64,000 nucleotides of DNA from Spirochaetia bacterium (GTDB lineage: Bacteria > Spirochaetota > Spirochaetia > CADAEX01), in assembly GCA_963662795.1 (NCBI GenBank), contig OY759746.1, forward strand, positions 1,664,001 through 1,728,000, written 5' to 3'. Shown here piece by piece: positions 39,093-49,239 of the stretch. The notes beneath the pieces were generated by a model. That model had not been told where the DNA came from, ran no database searches, and saw nothing but the letters and a program-made list of their open reading frames with translations. How positions within the stretch are numbered: position 1 is the first letter of the stretch; each line of letters begins with the position of its first letter. The position numbers and the translations under genes were made by a program.

Positions 39093-40211
39093 ATGCTTAA
39101 GTATGCGATGATCGGAGGCGGCGAAGGCTCATTCATTGGGGATGTCCACAGAAGAGCCATAAGATTTGACGGAAGGGCCAGCCTGGTTGCAGGGTGCTTT
39201 TCAAGGGATGCGGCGAATAATAAAAAAACAGGTGAGTCTCTTTTTTTAAACCCAAAGAGGGTTTATTCCAGCTACGAAGAACTTATCAGAAGCGAAAAAG
39301 AACTTGATTTCATAGCAATTGTAACTCCAAATTATCTGCATTATCCAATTGCCAAAAAATGTCTGGAAAATGGAATTAATGTAGTTTGTGAAAAACCGGT
39401 TACAGTTGCACTTGAGGAAGCACTGGAACTGAAAAAATTAAGTGAAAAAAATAACTGTCATTTTGCTGTTACCTATACATATACAGGGTATCCAATGGTT
39501 AAAGAGATGAAAGTGCTTATTGATGAGGGCAGACTTGGAAAATTACGGTTTGTCAAAGCCGATTGCCCTGAAGCATGGATGGCGGAAAAAGTTGAAGATA
39601 AGGGGAACAGACAGGCACTGTGGAGGGCCGACCCGGCACAGGGTGGAAAAACCAACTGCCTTGGTGACATCGGTATCCATATCGAAAATCTGGTCAGTTA
39701 TGTTACAGGTTTAAAAATCAAAAAAGTGTGTGCTGTTGTTGATAAATTTGTTGAAGGAAGAAAACTGGATGATAATGCAGTTGTTATGGTTGAATATGAG
39801 GAGGGCGCAAAGGGTTTATACTGGCTGTCATATATCGCAATCGGTCAGGGTAATGGCATGAAAATAGAGATCTATGGATCGAAAGGATCTGTTGTGTGGG
39901 TACAGGAGCAGCCGAATGAGCTTATTTATACAGCATTGAATGAACCATCGAGTATTTTAAAAAGGGGTGCCGCCTATTTATCCTCACTGCAGAAGGAAAA
40001 CACCCGTTTACCGGAAGGTCACCCTGAAGGGTATTATGAAGCATTATCAAACATTTATAATTATTTTTTTGATGAGCTGCTGAGGAAAAGCCCCCCTGTC
40101 AGTAATGGGAAATATAAATACCCAACTTTAAGGGATGGCGTGGAAAGTCTTCTTTTTGTAAAGAGGTCACTTGAAAGCGCTGATAACAATTCATGTTGGG
40201 TGAATATATAA
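39093..40211 (+). CDS. Gfo/Idh/MocA family oxidoreductase
   Basis: MIGGGEGSFIGDVHR, VTPNYLH, CEKP, WRADP, GDIGIH, LPEGHPEGY. Confidence 0.9.
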   Translation: MLKYAMIGGGEGSFIGDVHRRAIRFDGRASLVAGCFSRDAANNKKTGESLFLNPKRVYSSYEELIRSEKELDFIAIVTPNYLHYPIAKKCLENGINVVCEKPVTVALEEALELKKLSEKNNCHFAVTYTYTGYPMVKEMKVLIDEGRLGKLRFVKADCPEAWMAEKVEDKGNRQALWRADPAQGGKTNCLGDIGIHIENLVSYVTGLKIKKVCAVVDKFVEGRKLDDNAVVMVEYEEGAKGLYWLSYIAIGQGNGMKIEIYGSKGSVVWVQEQPNELIYTALNEPSSILKRGAAYLSSLQKENTRLPEGHPEGYYEALSNIYNYFFDELLRKSPPVSNGKYKYPTLRDGVESLLFVKRSLESADNNSCWVNI

Positions 40212-40243
40212 AAAAATATAAGTTTTATAAGGAGAATAGAGTT

Positions 40244-41215
40244 ATGGGTAAATGGACAATTCCGCCTGAAGGCGGGCACATGGAAAGACCAACAGGTGTT
40301 TATTATCAGACCATGAATGGTCACGAGATTGAGGAGCGGCTTAAGAAGAGTGATATGCTTATTCTTCCTATAGGCAGCACGGAAAATCACGGAAAAAATG
40401 CATGTTCCGGTGAAGATACTTTTCTGGTTACGCGTCTTGCTGAGGCTGTCGCGCAAAAAACAGGATGTACAGTAGCTGAACCTATTTGGTACGGTTCACA
40501 CCCTTTTCATCATCTGGGGATGCCGGGTACAATTGTTATTCCTGAAGAGGATTTATCCGCCTATATTCGTGCAGTTGTAGCAGGATTCTGGAACACGGGG
40601 TTTCGAAAAATCATATTATTAAACGGACATGGTCAGGATTATGTAATTCCTCTGGCAATTCATCAGTTTGCAAAAAAATATCAGGTTCCTGCCATTCTTG
40701 TAAATGTTAACTGGTGGTTTGTTATTCCGGATCATTTAAGAGACAAAGCCCATGGCGGTGTTTTTGAAACTCCGTTTATCCATGCTGATGAAGTTGAGAC
40801 TTCTTTTTCTATGGCGCTTTTCCCGGAACTTATCAATCAGGAATATGCAGAAAAATCCGTACCTGCAAAGATTTTTCCGGAAGGTCATATAAACAAATCA
40901 GGAAGTGTTTACAAAGAAGAATCTCCTATAGATTTCTGGTGTCAGGTCGGCGCTTCAGCGATAGAAGTTGTTTCAACTCCCGAAGGTGTTGTTGGTGATG
41001 CAACACTTGCCGACCCCGAAAAAGCCAAACCAGGAGTGTATGCTATACTTGATTATCTTGAAAAATTGATAAACGATATCATGAAAATGTATCCTGCCGG
41101 AAAACTTCCACCAATTGAATTAATGACAATGAGAGATAAAAAAGAAATTGAAGATGTGATTAAAGGGCCGATTAATGGCGGAAAGCATATTTATACATTA
41201 GGATATCCTACATAG
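40244..41215 (+). CDS. iolN: 3-dehydro-scyllo-inosose hydrolase (creatininase family)
   Basis: PIGSTENHG, GEDT, YGSHPFHHLGMPGT, NGHGQ, FIHADEVETS; clustered with iolO and iolM; ATG 40244 has AAGGAG RBS. Confidence 0.8.
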   Translation: MGKWTIPPEGGHMERPTGVYYQTMNGHEIEERLKKSDMLILPIGSTENHGKNACSGEDTFLVTRLAEAVAQKTGCTVAEPIWYGSHPFHHLGMPGTIVIPEEDLSAYIRAVVAGFWNTGFRKIILLNGHGQDYVIPLAIHQFAKKYQVPAILVNVNWWFVIPDHLRDKAHGGVFETPFIHADEVETSFSMALFPELINQEYAEKSVPAKIFPEGHINKSGSVYKEESPIDFWCQVGASAIEVVSTPEGVVGDATLADPEKAKPGVYAILDYLEKLINDIMKMYPAGKLPPIELMTMRDKKEIEDVIKGPINGGKHIYTLGYPT

Positions 41216-41223
41216 GGGAAAAA

Positions 41224-42045
41224 ATGAAAATAGCAGCCAGCGTTACACCAAATAAGACGAAATTCGGCCCCCTTTTATATCCCGGCGATATTGAGAGGGG
41301 ACTGAAAGAGCTTTCGGAAATGGGTTATGACGGAATTGAATTAAGCCTCAGAACGCCTGACGATATGGAAAAGAAAGAGTTGTTTGGGTTGCTTGATAAA
41401 TATGATATGGAATTGTTGTCTGTTGCAACAGGACAAAGTTTTATTGAGGACTCAGTTTCTCTCTTTACTTTAGACACAGAAAAAAGAAATGAAGCTGTGC
41501 GGAGGATCAGGGGTTATATCGATCTAGTATCTGAGACTGAAGGATGTGTTATTCTTGGCGGAATTAAAGGAAAACTGGAAGGTGCTGATGACAAAAAGCA
41601 ATTTGAGTCAGGCAGCTGCGCTATCGCCGACTGTTTATCCTATGCCGAAAAGGCTGGAGCTGTTCTGCTTCTGGAAGCTATAAACCGGTATGAAACCAAT
41701 TTATTCAATACGGTCGCCTCATGCAATGAATATGTCAAGGCTATGAAGTCTTCACATCTGAAGATTCTTCCTGACACATATCATATGAATATTGAGGAAA
41801 GGTCTTTTCATGATGCCCTGCATGAGGTATCTGATGCTGTAGGTGCGATACATTGTGCAGACAACAACCGTCTGGCCCCGGGGATGGGGCATATTGACTT
41901 TAGAAGTATCCTGAGTCAGGTTAAAACATTTAAAAATCTGAAATACATAGGGGTAGAGGTTCTGCCTCTGCCGGAGAGTAAAGAGTGTGCGCAGACAGCC
42001 ATTAATACAATCAGAGGTTGTTTAAATGAGGAGGTGGTCAAATGA
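41224..42045 (+). CDS. iolO: 5-keto-L-gluconate epimerase-like TIM barrel
   Basis: GYDGIEL, ATGQ, EAINRYET, DTYHMNIEE, HCADNNRLAPGMGHIDF, VEVLPLP; lies between iolN and iolM. Confidence 0.72.
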   Translation: MKIAASVTPNKTKFGPLLYPGDIERGLKELSEMGYDGIELSLRTPDDMEKKELFGLLDKYDMELLSVATGQSFIEDSVSLFTLDTEKRNEAVRRIRGYIDLVSETEGCVILGGIKGKLEGADDKKQFESGSCAIADCLSYAEKAGAVLLLEAINRYETNLFNTVASCNEYVKAMKSSHLKILPDTYHMNIEERSFHDALHEVSDAVGAIHCADNNRLAPGMGHIDFRSILSQVKTFKNLKYIGVEVLPLPESKECAQTAINTIRGCLNEEVVK

Positions 42046-43238
42046 GAGCATTTTATGTAGAAGCGGACTGGGCGCCCAAGAAAGATTATGTCCTTTCCAG
42101 AAGAGAAGAGGAAACACACAGGTCTGCCAGGGGAAACTCAATCTGGAAAAATATCCGTGGATCTGTAATAGACAGGCCTGAGCCTGTGGCCGGAGATGAA
42201 GAGGTTCTTTTGAAAGTGGGAGCTGCGGGTATTTGCGGTACAGATGCACATCTTCTCCAAATGGATGAGGATGGTTATACAAAATATGATGGACATTCCA
42301 AATACCCGATTATTACTGGACATGAATTTTCAGGTGAAGTAGTCTCGACAGGAAAAAATGTAAAAACTTTAAGAATCGGTGATCTGGTAAGCGTTGAGTC
42401 AATGCACTGGTGCGGCGAATGCGATCCCTGCCGTACCGGCATGTTCAATCAGTGTCAGATGCTTGAAGAGCCGGGCCTTACCTATGACGGCGGATTTGCG
42501 GAATATGTTACTGTAAAAGCGAAGTACTGTTATTTACTGAATGATATCATGAATCTCTACGGGGATAAAATGTCAGCACTGGAGCTTGGATCGATGATTG
42601 AGCCGACAGGTGTGGCATATAACGGATTGTTTGTGAGGGCCGGAGGGGTAAGACCGGGCGGACATACTGTTGTTTTCGGCGGCGGACCGGTAGGACTTGC
42701 TGCTGTTGCTCTTATGAAAACCAGCGGAGCCGGAAAACTGATCTGCTTCGAAACAACTCCTGAAAGAAGGGCTTTGGCAAAAAAAATGGGGGCAGATTAT
42801 GTTTATGATCCGATTGAACTTTCCAATAAATCAGTAAATCCATCGGAATTGCTTATGGATCTGACAAACGGCCGCGGTATATCTCTTTTTGCTGAATGTT
42901 CAGGAGCTACCAATGCGACATACCCTGTAATGGCAGGTTCTATGGCTATCGGCGGAAAAATTGTGCAGATTGGGCATTCAATAGGCAAGACAAGTATTGA
43001 TTTATATCCGATCCAGTTCAATGCCGGTATGCTGTGCGGGTCAAATGGACAATCCGGCCAGGGTATATACACAGATGTAATCGCTTTAATGGCAAGCGGC
43101 CGCATTGATATGAGAAAAATGGTTACATCAAGGGTCCCTCTGGAAAACATTATGGATGGAATGGCTCTTGCCGGTAATCGTGTAGCAGGAAAAGTTCTTG
43201 TCAGTACACAGTATAAAAAAATAGAGCATGTTAAGTAA
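42042..43238 (+). CDS. iolM: Scyllo-inosose 3-dehydrogenase (Zn-dependent MDR)
   Basis: N-terminal extension ADWAPKKDY characteristic of IolM (recalled); GICGTD, GHEFSG, WCGECDPC..C, EPTGVAYNGLF. Confidence 0.8.
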   Translation: MRAFYVEADWAPKKDYVLSRREEETHRSARGNSIWKNIRGSVIDRPEPVAGDEEVLLKVGAAGICGTDAHLLQMDEDGYTKYDGHSKYPIITGHEFSGEVVSTGKNVKTLRIGDLVSVESMHWCGECDPCRTGMFNQCQMLEEPGLTYDGGFAEYVTVKAKYCYLLNDIMNLYGDKMSALELGSMIEPTGVAYNGLFVRAGGVRPGGHTVVFGGGPVGLAAVALMKTSGAGKLICFETTPERRALAKKMGADYVYDPIELSNKSVNPSELLMDLTNGRGISLFAECSGATNATYPVMAGSMAIGGKIVQIGHSIGKTSIDLYPIQFNAGMLCGSNGQSGQGIYTDVIALMASGRIDMRKMVTSRVPLENIMDGMALAGNRVAGKVLVSTQYKKIEHVK

Positions 43239-43255
43239 TAGAGGAGAAAAATAAT

Positions 43256-44311
43256 ATGAAAGCTAAAATTGCTTTTCTATACGGTCCGAAGGATTTAAGG
43301 GTTGAAGAAGTGGATCTTCCCGCATTGAGGGATGATCAGGTCTTGATTAAAATGCATGCTGTCGGTATTTGCGGGTCTGATGTTGAATGCTTCGAAGGGG
43401 CATCTGCCGAAGGCCGATATGATATTGCTCCCTATACGCCGGGGCATGAATGGGCGGGAGAGGTAGTCGAGACAGGAAGCAAGGTAACGAGCGTAAAGAA
43501 AGGGATGAAAGTTACCGGTGACTGTGTTATGGCCTGCGGTAAATGTGAAAACTGTAAAAACGGACTTATGCCTTCGGCATGTCTTAATATGCGCGAACTG
43601 GGGTTCAGGCCTGATTCCCCCGGAGCAATGGGTGAATATATGATTCTGGAAGAACAGTATACCCATCCGATTCCTGATGACTGGGATTATGAGCTTGGAG
43701 CCTGGGTTGAAACTTTTTCAGTCGGCTATTGGGGGGTATGGGGAAATGGAGGATATCTTGATGCAAGTGATGATGTTGTTGTATTGGGGGCCGGACCGAT
43801 TGGCCTCTCTGCGACCATGACTGCAAAGGCGTCAAATGCCATGGTTATTGTTGTTGATCCCCTGGCAAGCCGCCGGGAAACAGCGCTGAAATATGGTGCA
43901 GATCATGTTGTGGATCCGTCCGACGGAAAAGTAGTTGAATCAATAAATAAACTGACAAACGGGAAAGGACCCTCTGTGCTTGTTGAATGCTCGGGTAATG
44001 ACAAAGGTATTGCCTCAGTCTTTGATATTGCCGGCCATAGCTGCCGTGTCGGATTTATCGGACACTCGATAGGCCGGAAGGTTTCAGCTGAACTTGGAAA
44101 GGTTATCTGGAAAAACTTAAGGATAGTCGGATCAGGCGGAACAAAAACCTTTATGCCGAGGACAATAAAATTCTTAAGCAGAATTAAGGACAACTATGAC
44201 TTTAAGGCCTTGAATACTCACAGATTCAAATTTGCCGATATTCACAAGGCATTTGATGTCGCATGTCATGATAAGGCTAACGCAAGAAAAGTAATGATTA
44301 AATTTGATTAA
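43256..44311 (+). CDS. Zn-dependent alcohol/polyol dehydrogenase (MDR)
   Basis: GICGSD, GHEWAG, CGKCENC..C, GAGPIG. Confidence 0.88.
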   Translation: MKAKIAFLYGPKDLRVEEVDLPALRDDQVLIKMHAVGICGSDVECFEGASAEGRYDIAPYTPGHEWAGEVVETGSKVTSVKKGMKVTGDCVMACGKCENCKNGLMPSACLNMRELGFRPDSPGAMGEYMILEEQYTHPIPDDWDYELGAWVETFSVGYWGVWGNGGYLDASDDVVVLGAGPIGLSATMTAKASNAMVIVVDPLASRRETALKYGADHVVDPSDGKVVESINKLTNGKGPSVLVECSGNDKGIASVFDIAGHSCRVGFIGHSIGRKVSAELGKVIWKNLRIVGSGGTKTFMPRTIKFLSRIKDNYDFKALNTHRFKFADIHKAFDVACHDKANARKVMIKFD

Positions 44312-44318
44312 TTATTGA

Positions 44319-44343
44319 AAAAGGGGGGAATGACCCCCCTTTT
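44319..44343. terminator. Bidirectional terminator between iol operon and gntR
   Basis: AAAAGGGGGG-aatga-CCCCCCTTTT. Confidence 0.75.
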
Positions 44344-44417
44344 AAATTTTAAGATGAAAGGAATGCGTATTCCCGGCGGCAGTTACAATCATCAGGTGAT
44401 TGCAGTTGAACAGGTAA

Positions 44418-45074
44418 TTACTGTTTTACTTTTATCCATTGTTCGAGCTGATGTTTTTTACTGGTACGCGAATGTTTTCTCATCGATTTTTCCGCACCGC
44501 TGACATCTTTCTTAAGAATGCATTCGAATATTAAATTATGCTGATCAAGTGATTCATGTGCCCAGTCATCCGTGTAATTTGTCAAATTGATTATTCGTCT
44601 TATATGATCAAATATGGAAATTAAAATACTTTGCAGGAGTTCATTTTTTGATTCTTCAATTATAAATTTATGGAAAACCAGATCAACATTTAAAGCCTCT
44701 TCATACTGCTTCTGGTTTATGGCAGCCATGAGGTTCATGTGAATCTTTTTGATTGTTTCAATTTGCTGATCGTTTATTGACTGGGTAAATGAACGTACTG
44801 CAAGGGCTTCAAGCATTTCTCTGATATCATAGATTTGTGATACCTGCTCAAAGGTAACCATGGAAACAAAGGCGCCGTAATCAGGTTTCAGTTCTACAAA
44901 ATGATCGTTGTAGAGTTTTCGTAATGCTTCCCTGATGGGGGTTCTGCTTGCATTAAGCAAAACACACAATTTCCTTTCTGAAAGGGGAGCTCCCTGTTTG
45001 AGTTTATTCGTGATTATCATTTCTTTAAGCTCACGAAACAGCTTATCTGATATTACTTCTTTTTTTTCAAACAT
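44418..45074 (-). CDS. GntR (FadR/FCD) family transcriptional regulator
   Basis: LSERKL, SRTPIREAL, FCD-type IREMLE, FH..I, N, H, H; start 45074 preferred because the longer ORF start lies in the operator/promoter. Confidence 0.9.
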   Translation of the reverse strand: MFEKKEVISDKLFRELKEMIITNKLKQGAPLSERKLCVLLNASRTPIREALRKLYNDHFVELKPDYGAFVSMVTFEQVSQIYDIREMLEALAVRSFTQSINDQQIETIKKIHMNLMAAINQKQYEEALNVDLVFHKFIIEESKNELLQSILISIFDHIRRIINLTNYTDDWAHESLDQHNLIFECILKKDVSGAEKSMRKHSRTSKKHQLEQWIKVKQ

Positions 45075-45109
45075 AATATGATAACCCGATGTTTTCTTTG
45101 TTTTAACTA

Positions 45110-45148
45110 TATGCCATTTGTATACCATAAATTATGTACAAACGTCAA
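45110..45148 (-). promoter_or_regulatory. gntR promoter with autoregulatory operator
   Basis: Minus strand TTGACG (45143-45148) then GGTATACAAATGGCATA (45110-45126), 15/17 identical to 39029-39045. Confidence 0.65.
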
Positions 45149-45348
45149 TTATTTATAAATCATTATCCTTGAAGAGAGGGCCTGAATATCAGGACAAAGG
45201 TTTTTGAATTTATATTCCATAAACAGGGCTTGCAAAATTAAAGTAAAAAAACAAGAATATCGTTAACAAATTAAAAATTATCTGTTGTGCAGAATCATCC
45301 GCACAAATGCTGAAAAAGCAAGAACCATTGGAGTGAAAAAAAAGCACA

Positions 45349-46731
45349 GTGAAAAAAAATTTAACCCCGGGTGAGAAAAACATAAGGCATTATTTTAATT
45401 ACGCTTTCTACAACGGGTTCGGAGCCGGGTTTATTGCAAAAGGGCCTGTTATGCTGCTTGCCCTTTACTTCGGTGCATCCAATATTCAGCTCGGGTATCT
45501 TTCCTCCATAATCCACAGCGCAGGTATTTCCCTGCTTCTCCTTCCTGTTATTTTCGGCGGGAAAAATACCGTAAGGGTACATGCGACCATCTGGGTTGTC
45601 CGGGGTATGATATGCATGCTCTATTTTATTCTCCCTTTTGTCGATAAAGGATTTGCCGTATATACGATCATGATTGTATATACCATTTATTGTTTTGCCA
45701 GGGAAATAGGAAGTGTTTTAAATCAGATTACAAGAAAATACATTTCTTCTGCAGATAACACCGGAGAAATTATCGGACTGAGCTCTGTCAGGTTTCACAG
45801 GTCTTCGCTTATCGCACGGGCGGCTTCTTTTTTCTTTACCTCGGTTGAGAAAATCGGAACGCTTACCGCGCTCCTTGTTCTGCAGTTTGTCGGGATAATT
45901 GCAAACACCGCCGCAGCGATGCAGCTTTTTAAACTTAGGTGCCCGGAGAGGATTGAGCCTTATTCAGGCAGAAATATGCTTGATATCCTTAAAGAGTCTG
46001 TCCTCGACAGGGAAAAAAGACTGATTCTGATCCTTAAATGGCTGATCCTCTCTGCCGACATAATGATGGGACTTCTTGTCGCATTTTACAGCAGGGAACT
46101 GCTTTTTGAGACAAATCTTGTTTTCGCTTTTTTAATTCTGCAGAGTTTTGCTGCCATTGCCGCCGCAAAATCGCTTGCCGTGTTCAGTGACAGGACAGGA
46201 AGCTCTCCCCTTATTCTCTTTTCCTCTTCCTCGCTTGCCTGCCTTTCAATACTGTGGATCTTTATATCATCAGGCATTATTTTCCCTCTGTTACTTGGGT
46301 TCATAACCTGTTTCTTTCTTCATTTCAACAACTACCTTGTTATGAGGCTTATAATTAACAAAATGCTTCCCGGAAAGGAAGTTACTTTCATGTCAATGAT
46401 AAATTTTACGGCATCGTTTTTTTCCTTTTTTATCGGCCTTTACAGCGGAGCATTGATAGATCTTTACGATCATTTCTTTCACGGAGCGGGGAACAGTTTT
46501 TCCTTTGTTTTTATTTCAACAGCGGTTATTTCGGTTGTCAATGCGGTGCTTGCTTTAAAACTCTTAAGGATGAAAACGGAAAACCGGGCAGCCGGTTCAG
46601 GTCCACGGAATAGAGCATATGGATTTTCACGGAATGCGGAAGTATCGCCGGAATTGAATGATTCCTCTGCAATTATAAAAAAGAAAAAAAGCCGTAATGT
46701 TGAGTGGTGGGAGCTTACCGGGTACCTTTAA
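45349..46731 (+). CDS. MFS-like membrane transporter
   Basis: About 12 hydrophobic segments; LALYFGASNIQLG, SDRTGS loop motif; GTG start. Confidence 0.7.
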   Translation: MKKNLTPGEKNIRHYFNYAFYNGFGAGFIAKGPVMLLALYFGASNIQLGYLSSIIHSAGISLLLLPVIFGGKNTVRVHATIWVVRGMICMLYFILPFVDKGFAVYTIMIVYTIYCFAREIGSVLNQITRKYISSADNTGEIIGLSSVRFHRSSLIARAASFFFTSVEKIGTLTALLVLQFVGIIANTAAAMQLFKLRCPERIEPYSGRNMLDILKESVLDREKRLILILKWLILSADIMMGLLVAFYSRELLFETNLVFAFLILQSFAAIAAAKSLAVFSDRTGSSPLILFSSSSLACLSILWIFISSGIIFPLLLGFITCFFLHFNNYLVMRLIINKMLPGKEVTFMSMINFTASFFSFFIGLYSGALIDLYDHFFHGAGNSFSFVFISTAVISVVNAVLALKLLRMKTENRAAGSGPRNRAYGFSRNAEVSPELNDSSAIIKKKKSRNVEWWELTGYL

Positions 46732-46766
46732 ACCAGCCCTTTTTTGAAGGGGAAAGGGGCGCAGTT

Positions 46767-47594
46767 CTAAAGTTTTGAAAGCCAGTTAATTACTAATTTT
46801 TCAAATAATTTTTCCTGCTCTATCTGAAGCATGTGTCCCGCGCTGTCCAGAATCACGAAATCTGCCCTCGGATAGTTTTCTATCAGGACAAGGGCGTCCC
46901 TGTAGCCGACTGCCGTATCCTGCCTGCCGGTAATAATGAGGACAGGCTTTCTGAAAGGAGTCCGCTGGACATCAGCATTTTCCCGTAACGGATAGCCGTA
47001 TCTTTTAATTTTTTTGAGCAGTGAAATATCAGCCTTTCTTACACCGCATCTTACCTCGTTTATATACCGCTCCCAGTTTTCCCTGCTCTGGATGGTCAGC
47101 ATGTTGTTGCATGTGTCCTGGTCGTTGGCTGAAAGTGTGTTATAAAAATCAGCATCCCTGTAAAGGATGTTCCTGAAAGGGAGGTCCCGTTCTTCCGGCA
47201 GAGGCACTGTAACCGGGCAGAGCATCATTATCCCCCCGATCCTGTCCTGATGTTTTTTGACAAGCGCCTGCGCGATGTAAGAGCCGTAGGATTCAGAAGC
47301 AATGTAAAAACTCTCTTCCTGTATTGTTTTTCTGATAAAGGCATCGACTATATCTACAATATCATCAGTTGTTGAAATCTCTTTTTTAAGAACCGTGCTG
47401 CCCATCCCCGGCAGATCGAAATAAATTCGTTTAAACTTTTCAGCTTTTCCGGATGTTCCCTGTGATGTGAACATCCTTTCCATGCAGCCGCTCATCAGCC
47501 TGTGGTCGCACCAGTTGCCGTGAATCATGAGCAGGGGCTTACCGCTGCCAATAACTTCTGTATAAACTTCTGCCTGCTCAAGCTTCACAAACAT
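46767..47594 (-). CDS. Alpha/beta hydrolase
   Basis: GSGKPLLMIHG, DLPGMG, nucleophile elbow SESYG, GRQD, AGH. Confidence 0.88.
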   Translation of the reverse strand: MFVKLEQAEVYTEVIGSGKPLLMIHGNWCDHRLMSGCMERMFTSQGTSGKAEKFKRIYFDLPGMGSTVLKKEISTTDDIVDIVDAFIRKTIQEESFYIASESYGSYIAQALVKKHQDRIGGIMMLCPVTVPLPEERDLPFRNILYRDADFYNTLSANDQDTCNNMLTIQSRENWERYINEVRCGVRKADISLLKKIKRYGYPLRENADVQRTPFRKPVLIITGRQDTAVGYRDALVLIENYPRADFVILDSAGHMLQIEQEKLFEKLVINWLSKL

Positions 47595-47600
47595 GACGTG

Positions 47601-47948
47601 TTATTTATCGCCTTCTTCCGGTACAATACAGATAAATGAGAGGTTTCCGCTTCCTGTATTTGTAAACTGGTGTTCCTCACCGGCAGGTATATATGCAGTA
47701 TCGCCTGCCTTGACCGGATTTTCCTTTCCATCAAGGTAGAGGTTTCCGCTTCCTTCTATTACATAATTTACATGGGGCCAGTCATGTATGTGTCTGGGCG
47801 AGAATCCGTCCTTCCCGAGGGTGAAAATCCTCATTACCCAGCCGTCCCAGCCCTGCTGCGGTGAAATTGCAACCTGTTTTGTCACGTTTTTAAGACCCGG
47901 AGCTTTAAGCGGGATTTTCTTCATATCGCTGTTTTTAAGTATTGGCAT
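47601..47948 (-). CDS. Cupin domain protein
   Basis: HIHDWPHVNYVIEGSG and YIPAGEEHQFTN cupin motifs. Confidence 0.88.
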   Translation of the reverse strand: MPILKNSDMKKIPLKAPGLKNVTKQVAISPQQGWDGWVMRIFTLGKDGFSPRHIHDWPHVNYVIEGSGNLYLDGKENPVKAGDTAYIPAGEEHQFTNTGSGNLSFICIVPEEGDK

Positions 47949-48047
47949 TTTTTCTCCCTTATCATCAAGATATTAGCATTTTTCATACTTTATAAGTATT
48001 ATTAAACAAGATTTCATCATTCTTCAAGTGAAGATGGCAAAAATTCC

Positions 48048-48101
48048 TTGACAAAATAAAGCATACAGACATAAAATAGTACAGTCTAATTGTCATACAA
48101 T
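48048..48101 (+). promoter_or_regulatory. Promoter with palindromic operator ATTGTCATACAAT
   Basis: TTGACA (48048-48053)-18 bp-TAAAAT; palindrome at 48089-48101 shared with 56803 and 62025. Confidence 0.6.
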
Positions 48102-48129
48102 AAGAAAATCAATAATATGGGGGAATTCG

Positions 48130-49197
48130 ATGAATGTACCTGAAAAAATGAAGGCTGCGGTTCTTTTTGACTGGAATGACGTAAGAGTGGTCGAAAGGCC
48201 TGTTCCGTCACCCGGTGCGGATGAAGTTCTGATTAAAGTTGAGTCTTGTTCTATATGCGGCGGCGACGTGAAAATAATAACAAGGGGAATGCTTAAACAG
48301 CCTCCCATGGGAGATTTCATCATCGGACATGAATATGCCGGGATTATAGTGAAGAAAGGATCTTCAGTTGATGAGTTTAATATCGGAGACAGGGTAACGG
48401 TTGAGGTTCACAAGGGCTGCGGAAGATGCAAGAACTGTCTCGACGGAAAGCAGACTGCCTGTTTAAACTACGGCAATAAGGAGAAGGGGCATATTGCCAA
48501 CGGTTTTACAACAAACGGCGGTTTTGCCGAATATGCGGTGAATCATGTCAATACAGTAAGTCTTATCCCTGATAATATTTCATTTGACGAGGCTACCATG
48601 ATTACGACCATTGGTACGCCTCTTTTCGGTATTTCACGGAACGGCGGATTTATTGCAGGTGATTCAGTCCTTGTAATAGGGCCCGGTTCCATTGGCCTGA
48701 TGGCTGTTCAGTGCGCAAAAGCGCTCGGCGCCGGAAAAGTAATACTTGCCGGAACCAGAAAGGAAAGACTGGCCCTTGGGAAAAAACTCGGGGCGGAATA
48801 CACAGTCAATGTGAGAGAGGAAGATGCAATCGCATATGTCAAATCCCTTACGGGCGGACACGGCGCAGACCTTGTTCTTATTGCTTCCGGTACAACAGAT
48901 GCATTCCAGCTTGCCTTAAGGACAGTAAGAAAAGGGGGAGATATAACAATTCTCGCCCATTTTGAGGATCCTGTCACTATTGATGTAGGGCTTGCTGTTC
49001 AGAATATGAACAACATTTTTACCATCAGGGGCGAAGGCCGCCAGTGTGTTCACAGGGGACTTGAGCTTATGAGAGAAGGTAAGGTCAGCGGCAAGGAAAT
49101 TATTACCCACTCATTCAGGCTTGATCAGATAAAGGAAGCTTTTGAAGTATTTATGGGAAGAAAAGAAGGCGCCATCAAGGTTGTAGTTCATCCATAA
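48130..49197 (+). CDS. Zn-dependent dehydrogenase, HpsP (sulfopropanediol dehydrogenase)-like
   Basis: GHEYAG, VTVEVHKGCGRCKNC..CLNYG, GHIANGFTTNGGFAEY, GPGSIG, TIRGEG. Confidence 0.8.
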   Translation: MNVPEKMKAAVLFDWNDVRVVERPVPSPGADEVLIKVESCSICGGDVKIITRGMLKQPPMGDFIIGHEYAGIIVKKGSSVDEFNIGDRVTVEVHKGCGRCKNCLDGKQTACLNYGNKEKGHIANGFTTNGGFAEYAVNHVNTVSLIPDNISFDEATMITTIGTPLFGISRNGGFIAGDSVLVIGPGSIGLMAVQCAKALGAGKVILAGTRKERLALGKKLGAEYTVNVREEDAIAYVKSLTGGHGADLVLIASGTTDAFQLALRTVRKGGDITILAHFEDPVTIDVGLAVQNMNNIFTIRGEGRQCVHRGLELMREGKVSGKEIITHSFRLDQIKEAFEVFMGRKEGAIKVVVHP

Positions 49198-49239
49198 CCG
49201 TCGGATTAAAAAATTTATTATTATTCAGGAGTAAAAAAC

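Noticed and set aside
44315-44503. 62-aa ORF after the Zn dehydrogenase
   Set aside because: Starts inside the terminator hairpin and overlaps the gntR 3' end
45280-45340. Possible riboswitch upstream of the MFS gene (GTGC..GCAC and TGCT-GAAA-AAGCA hairpins)
   Set aside because: Core c-di-GMP or other riboswitch consensus not found by eye; would need an Rfam/Infernal scan
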